From Elusimicrobia bacterium LH_S2 (GTDB lineage: Bacteria; CG03; SLGR01; JAGXOG01), in NCBI GenBank assembly GCA_023660015.1, contig JAGXOG010000001.1:1-63673 (forward strand): a stretch of DNA of 63,673 nt, read 5' to 3'. The notes under the pieces are model-generated. The model was given only the letters and a program-made list of their open reading frames with translations, made no database searches and was not told where the DNA came from. Position numbers and translations under genes: made by a program. Positions 1 through 12,000 of the stretch are shown here, piece by piece (position 1 is the first letter of the stretch; every line of letters begins with the position of its first letter).

Positions 1-3000
1 AAATCTTATTCAGCTACTACTTCAATTACTATTTGGTCACATGATTTTGAAAGTTATGGCGGATATAGTATAAGTACACCGGCTTTTACTGATGGTGAGT
101 GGGATTACTGGGGGCATATGGATAACAACGGGGGGAATCCTGATATATATGATGTTGACGGTAATTTAGTGGGAGACGTTGATGGGGTGACAAATTTAAC
201 TAATATTTTAGGAAATTATTATTTTGGCGGTAACGACATTGATGCTGAAGGAGCTACTCTTCCACTTACACTAACTTTTGACGATGTTGATATTTCCGGA
301 TATGAAAGTTTGGTTTTTAAAGTTTATCTGGCTGATGATGATCCCGCAAATTGGGAGACTGATGATTATGTTCATTTTGATTATGATATTGATAATACAG
401 GAACTTTTTCAGATATGCTTCATCTTGAAGCGGATGGATCGTCATACGCGGCTATAGATACTGATTTTGACGGTACAGGAGATGGGACTGAAGTTACCTC
501 AACATTTGCTCAATCTTCGGCAACAATAAGTGACACCGGCGGATTGATAGATATTAAAATCACATTTGATTTAGATAATGGTGACGATCAAATATATATT
601 GATAGTGTAACTATTGTAGGGCCTCCTGTAACGGATCTCTATCTTCCCGGTGAACACAGTAGTTGGGACCTTGACAGTGTCAATGAGTTTACTGATGATA
701 ATATGCCTGCCGGCTTTATAAAGCATACCTCAACTCCAACCGACCCTCAGGAGTTTAAGATTGTAAAAACGTCCTGGGCTGATACCAATGAATACTCAGC
801 AGGTTACTGGATTGATAAATACGACGAGGTCTGGGATATCCCGAGGAATGACCAGGGGGATACTGGCAATGCTGTATGGAAGGGGGCGGTGCCTCCGCCA
901 AAGTGTGTTACTGTTGTCGCAAAGTCATCAGAGACGCTGACCGGGACAACAGAGAGTTTCGGTTTTATGGGAACGTCTACGGACCCGATATCTATTGCAG
1001 ATGTTTCTGGTGGAACAACTACTGTTGACCCCGACACTTCAGTTGATATTGATATAACACTTTCAGCAGCAAAATGTGCTGAAGAGTATGTTATTGTAAG
1101 GTATACTGCAGATGGTGGGAATAGCTGGGATTTTGTTACAGCAACAGGCACCGCGCTTGATTATACTGCAACAGTTCCCGGACAGTCCGAAGGAGTAACT
1201 GTTCAATGGTATGCGATGACATCCTCGTCTGAGGTGCCGGTGAGTCCTGATTTAATGACTCTTTCCTGTGAGAATAATAACGGAAGCAATTACAGTTATG
1301 ATGTATACAATTTAGGTGATTCCTGGCATGTTCCCGATAATACTGAGCCGGATTCGGTAACAATGCGTAATCCCAAAATCGAAATCTATAACGGGGAGAC
1401 AGTTTATATTTATAACGGCACAAGATTTCAGAATGGCGATAATGATTCTGACCAATCAGGAGGCACTCTTTATTACAAAAAATCAACAGAAGAGACATGG
1501 ATTACATCTGAAATGGACTATGATTCTACCGATGGAGATGTAAAATACTGGAAGACTTCATTTGTAAATAACTATGTTGGCGGTGATGTGGTAGAGTATT
1601 GTCTACGAATTATTTATAGTGACCACGACACAACTTTTCTTTACGGAGATGATGCGAATTCGTATAGAACTGCCTCCACTTCAACAGCACAGGGTTCGCC
1701 ATATACATTTACTGTTAAGAATTCCACTCCGACAGTTCCTGGGCTGACAGCACCGGATGGCGGGGAAATCTGGTATGTCGATAATACTTATTCAATAACC
1801 TGGTCAAGTTCAACGGATGCTGATGGCGAGGATATATCTTATGATATTGATTATTCTTCAAATAATGGTTCAGCTTGGGATGATATAACCACAGTAAATA
1901 TCAGTACTGCAACTTCATATAGCTGGGTAATTCCAAATACAACATCTACTCTTTGTCTTGTCCGAATAAGGGCGTTTGATGTAAATAATAATTATTCTGC
2001 TTTTGACCAGTCCGCTACAACATTTACAATTACAGAGAATGATGCTCCTTCAGTTACTATAGACAGTATTGATGGGACTGCAGATGCGTCACTTACGGGA
2101 ACTTGGCATTCTTCAAATACCACTGTGGGATATACACTTACGGATACAGAATCTGATGATATTTCAATTACTGTTGAATATTCACAGGATGATGTGAGTT
2201 GGTCTTCTGCAACTGAAGGTGTTGGGAGTGACGGCACAGCAGGACTTACATCATCTTCCGGCGGGACAGCACACACTTATGTATGGGCTTCGACAACTGA
2301 CCTTGCCGGGGTAGCGGACTCTACTGTCTATATAAAAATAACCCCGAGCGACGCACAGACAGGAACGTCGGATACTTCATCTGATTTTGGTATTGATAAT
2401 GAGATTCCACCAACTCCGGCGGTTCCGGATGACGGTGTAGTAGCTGAAAGCGGCAATGACTGGACAAACAACAATAATGTTACAATGTACTGGGACGGTA
2501 CAAACAGCTCTACTAAGGCAGCAGATGGAAGTGGCTCGGGAATTCAAAATTATGATTTCTACTGGGATGACGAAACACCGGTTACAGGAACGCAGACATC
2601 ATCAGGACCTGTTGTGATGCCCGATGGCGTTCATACTTTTTATGTAATCACCAGAGACAGTGTGTCAAATATAACATCTGCTCAGTCCCATACTGTTCAG
2701 GTTGATGTGACTGCGCCTGATGCCATAAGTGATTTAACAGCTGATGATGCATCTGATTCACTTGCCGTGAATCTTGACTGGTCTCAACCATCATATTCTG
2801 ATGCCGGAATTGACCACTATAATATATACAGGGATACCAACCCAATATCAACTAATGCTGATAGGGATGTTTTAACACCTATTGATACAGCTGATTTAAC
2901 TTCATATACAGATTCTTCTGTTACAGCCGGCACAACTTATTATTATGTAGTATGTGCGGCTGATTATGCAACAAATCAAGCAGATGTTTCAAATAATCCT

Positions 3001-6000
3001 TCAGTTGTTCCAACTGCGCCTGAGCCTGTATTTTTAGCTACCGGCTACCATTTTGAGGTTTTATTTACAACAGGAAACGATGTTGGATATGAGTCACAGT
3101 TCAATAACCGTTTAATTGACTTGATAAGAAGTGCTCAAAGTTCAATTGATGTTTGTGCTTATGGTATAAATGATGATGATGGAACTGATTCAGTTGATAC
3201 GGCATTGATAGACCAGCACGATGCAGGAATAACAGTTAGAGTTATTGTTGATGATGATCATTCTGACCCAACTGATGGTACCGGCTCACTTGCAGATGCC
3301 GGAATAACAGTAAAACAGGATGCAGATTCAGATGAGATGCACAATAAGTTTGTAATTGTTGATAACCAGTATCTATGGACCGGTTCTGCAAATTTTAATG
3401 ACCCTAATTTTTCTGATTATGATAATAATGCATTTATAATATCAAATTCTTCTATTGCAGCAAACTATAAGGCAGAGTTTGATGAGATGTGGGATGGAAC
3501 ATTTCATGGAGGGACTTCAACAGAAAGTCAATATACAATAGATGGGTGGACCGTTGAAAATTATTATGGTGTTGAGGATGAGCCGGTTGAAGATACTGAT
3601 TCCTATGGCATGAGATACCAGGTTCAAAATGCTCAAGAAAGTGTTTTGTTCGGTATATATACATTTAGTGGAGATTTGGACGATGCATATACAACGCTTG
3701 CCGATGATATGTCTAATGCATGGAACAATGGAAACGGAAAAGTTGTTCAGGGTGTTTTGGATGATTATATAAATTCCGGTTCTGACCCATATTCTGATTT
3801 TGATTCAGATGGGATGAATGTCCGCTTATGGCAGAAAGATGCTTATGATTACATGCACAATAAATATATGATAATTGACCAGGAGAAATTTATTACGGGC
3901 TCAGCAAATTTTACTCATTCGGCAGATGACTACAATGATGAAAACATTATAATTATTCATTCACCTATATTTGCAAGGCAGTTTGTAAGATACCACAATC
4001 ACCTCCACTCACTTACTACAGATGAAGACACAGCAGAGTCGCCGGCACCTGATACTGAAAAGCCCGAGGCAATAACAGGAGTTTCTGCTGCCGGAGGCGG
4101 GCCGGGTACCCTTACGGTTTCCTGGACAGAAGCATCTGGTAAAGATATTGCCGGTGGTGCTGAAACCTTTTCAAGATATTATCTATTCTGCGCAACTACA
4201 TCTTTTGATACTATAGGGCTTTCCGATGGAATTGATAATGATGGTGACGGATGTGCCGATGAAGAGCGTTTAGACGAGACAGATAATGACGGCGATGGTT
4301 CTACGGATGAGGATATAAACATTCTTGCCGCCGATGTTATAACTTCAAGCAGCACCACTGAAGTAGATATCACAGAGGACTCATATAATCAGTCCTTAAA
4401 TGATGATAAAAATTATTATATAGCAGTTGTTATGTCAGATGAATGGGGCAATGAATCAAACATGCAGAGTTATTCTTATTACGGCCCGGTTTCGCCCGGC
4501 GGTGATGCCCAGGATGTAGATGTTACTTCTGTATCAGATGGGACAAATTCGGCTACAATTTTGGATGGTTCCGAGTATTTAAGAGACCTTGATTCAACAG
4601 TAGATTTTACTCTTAATCAGGACCCGGGAGCAAATACACCGGAACTTTATTACGATGATGACGCTGACCCGACGGACGGAACTTCAGATACTGCATCGGG
4701 AAGCGGAACTTCGTGGGAGGCAACAATTTCTGCTGCCGATGCAAATGTAACCGATACCGCCCATATACGTCTGGTAATAAAAATTGGAACAACCTGGTAT
4801 TATAAAACTGGCACCACCCCATGGTCTTATGTAGTTGATGAAGCATCGCCAACAAATGTCGGTTGTTATACTCCGGCTGATAATGCTACCAATCTGGCAA
4901 CTTCTACTGATACTGTTGCCCTTACTGCTTCAGATGCCGGTGCTGGAGGCATTGAGTATTATATACAAATTGCCACTAACATTGGTTTTACTTCAGATCT
5001 TCAATCTTCCGGATGGCAGACTTCAAAAACTTTTTCACCTTCACTTGATACAAATACAACTTATTATTGGCATGTTAAAGCAAGAGATTCGCTGGGTAAT
5101 GAATCAATTTACTGCGGTGATGCAGATTTTGCCGGGTATCACCAGTTCCTTACAGAATTTAACTATACACCGGAACCCGGCGATGTGGTTATAAATGAAG
5201 TTGCATGGGCAGGAACTAATGGAGGCGGTTACAGTGATGAATGGATAGAACTTTACAATAATACTTCTTACGATATCGATCTTGCCGGGTGGGATATACT
5301 TAATAGCAGTTTAGATGCCGACAACCTTGTGAGTAGTATTCCTGCAGAGGGCTATTATCTAATTGAGAATGACGAAGCTGTTGTCGATGATATAACCGGG
5401 GACCTTTTAGATGCTTCCTTAGACCTTGATGATGCTGGGCTGGATTTACAATTGAGAGATGCTTCTGATACTATTATAGATGAGGTTGACAGTTCTTCAG
5501 AATGGTTTGCAGGAGATACCTCAACTCCAACTGCAAGTATGGAAAGGATAAGTCCTCAGGATGATGGTTCTGTCTCCACAAATTGGGATGATGTAGTAAA
5601 TAGCACCCCATTGTGGAATGGACATGATACTGACGGAGGACTGATCTGTGGTACTCCAAAGAATCAGAACACTCAGTACTCGCCTAATAATCCTCCAAAT
5701 GCTCCGACTTTAACTTCGCCGGCAGATGATAGCTGGATAAATGATTTAACCCCAACTTTTGAGTGGAGTTTTTCCGACCCGGATGGAGGTGATTCCCAAT
5801 CGGCTTATAGGATTCAAATAGATAATGATATAAGTTTTGGCAGTGTAGATGAAGATTCTGGTAAGGTCTCTTTATCTTCAGAATCATATACATCTTCAGG
5901 TTTAGATGAGGATTGCTGGTACTGGAAAGTAAAGACATGGGATTCTTATGATGCCGATTCTGTTTATTCTTCAACCTATTCCATAAAGATTGATACCGTA

Positions 6001-9000
6001 CCACCGACAAATGCTTCCGGATTTTCCGGCTCACCTTCTACTAATACATGGAGTGGCTCTTCAAATTTAAATGTAAAATGGATTGCCGGTTCTGATGAGT
6101 TATCAGGACTTTCAGGATATTCTGTAAAATGGGATACTCAGACAGCAACCACTCCTGACGATGCTGTGGATACCACTGATTCAGATACTTCCGATTCAAC
6201 TAAAGATACTTTTACAAGCGACAACTGGTATTTTCATATTGTAGCGGTAGATAATGCCGGGAATGTAAGTGGTGCGGAACATTACGGTCCTTACTGGCTC
6301 GATTATATTAATCCTTCAACTGCAACTTTGACAGCATCGGACGGAACGGGCAACGATGTTGATTTAAGCTGGACTTTTGCCAGTGATACAGATTCGGGGG
6401 TAAGTAAATACAGGTTATACCGGGCTACAAAGACAATAACGGAAAGCAACAAGGATGCTTCCTATGTTACCGAACTTTCTACATTTTCAATCGCAGAGAG
6501 TTCTCATACGGATACAACTACGGTTTCAGGGACAGATTATTATTACTGTTTGGAAATTATAGACAAAGTTGACAATACAAATCTTTCAAATAATGAAAAT
6601 ATACAAGCGGGCTATAATGTTTTGGATGTTTGGCATAAGCCCACTACGCAAGTTCCGGCAAAATCGGTAGATTACAGAAATCCATCGTCGCCGGAGGATA
6701 CAGATTGGGTAGAAATTTGGATAGGAGCAGCCAGCCGGTATGAATTAAGCTATGCTACATTATATTATACCACAAACGATAAAGAACCTGACGAGGATTC
6801 ATCTTCCCGGAATCTTTCCTGGGACCATGATGACAGCGGAAAGTCATTTTTTGTTACTGATTCCAGTATTCCTGCCCAGTCAGACGGCATAACTGTAAAA
6901 TATATGATAAAGTGCGGTACAACTTCGACCACTATGGATGACACATATATCTATTCGGACGGTTCCGGCGGATATGAAAAATACGGTGATATGTCGGGCA
7001 TCCCGTTTTCCTATATCATAGGATGGGGAGTTTCAATAGTAGGGCAATACGACACGGGTGGGACTGAAATTGCTTACGAATCTTGGACAAATTGTACGCG
7101 GCCTGTACTAAAGATTGACCAGACCCCTCCTTCAGTCGGTGTTAATATGTGCTTCCGACTCCAGATTGATGATACCGACAATACTTTTGCCACTCCCGAG
7201 ATGGATATAAAAACGGGATATATAGAAGCCGGAACCGTAACCTATACCGTCGGCCAGGACGCAGATGTTGCGTATCCGACGGCTACCTATAAATCCGGAC
7301 ACGAGGGTATGACCCTTGGAGAAGACGACAGCTATTACTGGCGGGTAATATCTTCCGAAGCGTCTTCGGGTAATTCTTCGCCATGGGTCAAGGCAAACGG
7401 CGGGGACATAGCATTTAAGATAGATATTAATAATCCTTCTAAGCCCACGAATGTAAGTGCGCTTCAAGCTTCAAATAGCTCAGCAGATGTTGACTTAACC
7501 TGGTCAGCAGCAACCGATTCTCAAAGCGGAGTTGCCGGTTATATCATTTATCGTTCAACTTATAGTTTTTCAAATGAAGCAAATGCAACAGAAATAGCAA
7601 GCGATATAACAGGAACTTCATATACTGATTCATCAACTGATCATGATGCCCATTATTACTATTCTGTTAAAGCATATGATAATGCCGGAAATTATGGGTT
7701 ATTATCTACAAATGCCGAGGTTGATACTTCAAAGAAACTGATTGATGGAGATAAAGGCGACTGGACAGGTACTCCATCTGATAAAGTTAATTCTGCTGTT
7801 ATATCAAACGGAGAGTGGATATGGACAGATAAACGGTGGGAAAGGCGAGAGGATTCCCCTGAGAATGACGATGTGGATATTAAGGAACTTAGAATAGATG
7901 CAGATGCTGATAATTTATATTTTTTAGTTGAGTTTGAAAATATTACTGACACTCTCTATCCTAATCTTGCTATAAGTATAGATACAAGCAGAGATGGAAG
8001 TGGGATGGACTGGCTTGGCGATGATTCAGGAGTAACTCTGGGCGATGATTATTATGGATTTCTTGCTAATGGCGAAAGAAATATAGTAGTTCACCACACA
8101 AACGATACACCTGCATGGCAGATAGAATTATATGCTGATGATGGGTCATCATGGTATGCTCCACCTACACTTGGAGCAGGGCGTATAAATTGCAATATAG
8201 TAAATTTTGTTGAGTTTAAAATTACAAAAAGTGATTTGAATATTCCATCGGGAGAGACAACATTCAGAATTACCGCAACCTCTTTTTATCAGGACCAGGA
8301 TGATACCGACGGCAGTGGAGATGGAGACAACAACTGGTGGGCAAATGATGATGATTTAACAGATGATTTAACAGATGATACCACATACGATGCTCTTGAT
8401 TCTATGTCGGTTATTCCGATTTCTACGGGCTCCGGGGCCGGTCAGTATTACAATGACAAAGACCTTACTATGAGTTCCTGGGATGAGGATATCTCCGACG
8501 GGAATATAGATTTCTGGGCGGATATTTACATATCACCTCTATTTGAAATTGAAAACGAACTTCCGGAAGAGGTCGATACCCCCTATCCTCCGGATAAGGG
8601 AGAGGTTAGTAAACCTGCGCCGACTTTAACTTTTGTCTCTAACGGAGACCTTGACGACGAAGTCGGTGACGCCATTACTTCGTACCTGCTTGAGCTTTCT
8701 ACATTTTCAGATGATTTATCAGGTGATGTAACTTACAGGGTCAATCTTGATACCACAAGCTGGCCGGTTCCCGATGATCTTAAACTGGGGGTAAATAATT
8801 ACTGGAGGGTAAGCGCCCGGGACAAAAGGGGAGCTCTGAGCTCTGCTTCCACATGGACTTTTAAGTGCACCGCTGCAAATGATTCGCCCTATGGGCCCGC
8901 AACGGTAGATTTATACGGCTGGGCAACAAGTGATTTTACCGATTCTACCCCTGAAAGTGCGGATGATCTCCAGGCACAGGTTTCGCTGTCCGACCCTGCG

Positions 9001-12000
9001 GATCCTAACAGTGACGACATAAACCGGTATGAATATAAATGGTTTTATAAACCTTCGGGGACAAGCGACTGGCAGTTATTTAAATCGTTCGTTTCATTTG
9101 TTGATACTAATACAATAGATTCTTCTAATACTTCAGAATATGATGAATGGAAAGTATTTGCCAGGGTTGAGGATTCTAACGGCGCATGGGGCAGTTGGAC
9201 TAAATCGGTTGTGCGTACTATAAGACATGTTAACGAAGCGCCGTATGATGTGGGTAGCCTTAAAAATCAGACCGGCTCTCCGACCCCCAGAGATATGAAT
9301 ATTGTAGTTGCGGCTACAAATTTTGACGAGGATAACGACGGTTCCGGCCCCATTGACCCGGACGATGATGGCAGCGCTTCTGATCCTGACGGCACAGTAA
9401 ATTCAGATAATTACTCGGTTAATTTCTATTGGTATAAGAAATCTGAATACAGCGGCACACTTACTCACTATAAGACAGATACTAAACAAATACCGGATTC
9501 TGACCCCGGGGCGGTAGTAACTTCAACTATAACCGCTTCCGAAACTTCACACGGCCAGTACTGGAAAGTGGCGGTCAGGACGGTGGATGAAGACGGTGCT
9601 CAGAGCTCCAGCCCGAATGACGCCGGCCCTTATTATATAAGAACCAGAAATCCTAAAAAGACAAACCGGTCTGATGTAGTAATAAATGAATTATTGTGGA
9701 TGGGAACAACAGATTATGCCGGTCAGGAATCCGTCGATAACCCAACAGACCAGTTTATTGAATTACGGAACCTGGCTGATTTTGATATAGATATAACTAA
9801 CTGGAAAATTAAAAATGGCGCCGGCGCAAGTTCAAACATAGTTATTTCTTCGGGGACCGAGGAGTTTACAATTTCCGCCAACAGTTATTTTCTTATATCA
9901 ACCTACAAAGAAAACGAGTCGAATATTTCGGTAATTCCGGATTATATTACTCCCGTAGATACTGACCACGACAGTGCAATAAGCCTCAATGAATACTATC
10001 ATACTACTGCCGGTTCTACATCTACTGTAAAAGTAGACGGAGCTACGAAATCCAGCAGTAGTGGTGACGAGGTCAATAAGTATTCTCAGGAGAGAGTGAA
10101 ATATTCTACAACTGCTACGGATATATCTTACGATTATTCCGGAGAAGACCCTGACGCTTGGGATATTGCGGTTAATTCGGTGAATTTTGATGACCAAATT
10201 CATGAGAAGGGCACGCCAAAATTTGAAAATTCAGTTTCATCCACTGCTTTCTGGCACGACCCGAATGCGAAAGAACCCTATAGCGACGAATGGATGAGAA
10301 TAGGTAAATCCACTGAGGGTTACTATGCCAATACCAACGACCCGAGAAAAGACGACCTGGTATATTTTTATGTGGGCGGCGACCCGGCAGGGGTCTCAGG
10401 CGGTAAAGATCTATATTATATGGCAAAAAATGAGACCGCGGGTGTATCCTGGTCTGCGCAGGCCTGGATATGGCAGAATAATGAGTTTACTTTCGGCGGT
10501 CATGACTACTTTACAAGAACATCGCAAGCGGGCCTGAGCCACAGTGCAACAGATATTGGAACGGCTGCCGTAAAAGGCAATACAATAGAATACTTCTTTA
10601 AAATAGAAGGGCCGAGCACGACAACTTATTTAGGGGCTACCGGCAGCGTCGTCCCCTCAACTCCGACGGCTAATCCGTTCTCTTATAAAGTGTATAATTC
10701 ACCGCCTGTCGCACCGAATAATCCGATATTCCCATTAAACGGTCAGGTAAACGTATCGACCGGGCCACGGACTCTTCAGGTATACAGAAGCACCGGCTCG
10801 TTATATGAACATTTCATTGACCCGGATGACGGTGATTCCGTCGAGGAAGTTCAGTACCAGCTCTCGTTAGCGTGGGATTTCTCAACTTTTGTAACAAGCG
10901 GCACAATGAGCAATAACGGCAATATATCCGAAGCGGTAGATGTTCCGCTTGAGGCCGGAAATCAGTATTTCTGGCGGGTAAGAGGGCGGAACTCGGTCAG
11001 CGACCCGAATAGTATAAATGATGACGGTTGGGGGCCGTGGTGTAACGGTAATTCTTACTGGACTTTCTCTACTCCCGGCGGCCCGCGGATAGACAATATT
11101 GTATATGATAAAAGACCTACTACCGGAGGCGGTTGGAGCAATATCTCTACGGGCTCTATTGTACTTAATAATGAGCAGGTGAGAGTAAAGGCCTGGGTAT
11201 ATCTGGGCGAAACCGGCGCCGGCGCCGGTAAAACTGCCCTCAGGGCTTATTATACAATCGACGGCTCAAATCCAAATACAAACTATGAAGCCGGCAAAGA
11301 TAACTATTATTTCACGGGTGAGTGGCAAGAAAACGATAACGATGCCTACGGGGTTAGATACTCGTCGTATGTATTGATAATACCCGAAGATGTGCATCCG
11401 GTAGAGTCAGATATAAATATACAGCTTTCTGCTTTTGATGTAGACGGAGATACGATTCCCTCGGCTGTCGTATTTACCTACACTATAGAAAATAAGGAAG
11501 ATAATATACTCTGGAGACCATTAAAACACGACAACACTTATGCCACTAACTCCACCTCAACTGTTAACGGAGCTTCGCATCTGATAAGAGCAATTTATAA
11601 AGACGAGAGCGGTGACAGCGCTTATCTCTATCTTCTGGATGAAAACGGAAAGAATACAGATAACTGGGGAATAAACCCTGCCAATTATCTTATGAACGAC
11701 TCTGATGAGCGCGTGGATGTCTTTGCCGGGGACAGCCCCATACTTTATGTAAGGACGGGATACAAAGATGTTGATAAGGTAGAACTTTACTATAATGACC
11801 AGGACCCGTCGGGGGTCGTCTGGCGCTCTGAAGTTATGATATCTGTAACGGGTTCTTCTGACCCCAGTGATACCGATCTTACCTCTGCAGGTTTTAATAT
11901 CGGCGGTGTGGATGTTGCCGACCCGTATAATACCGATTTTAGTGCTTCCGGCGAGAACCAGGAATACAGGCGATTTAAATTCTATGTGACACCAACACCA

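Noticed and set aside
8345-8375. A tandem 15-bp duplication (GATGATTTAACAGAT x2, encoding DDLTDDLTDD) lies inside the giant gene.
   Set aside because: It is a trivial in-frame micro-duplication within an Asp-rich linker and has no independent significance.
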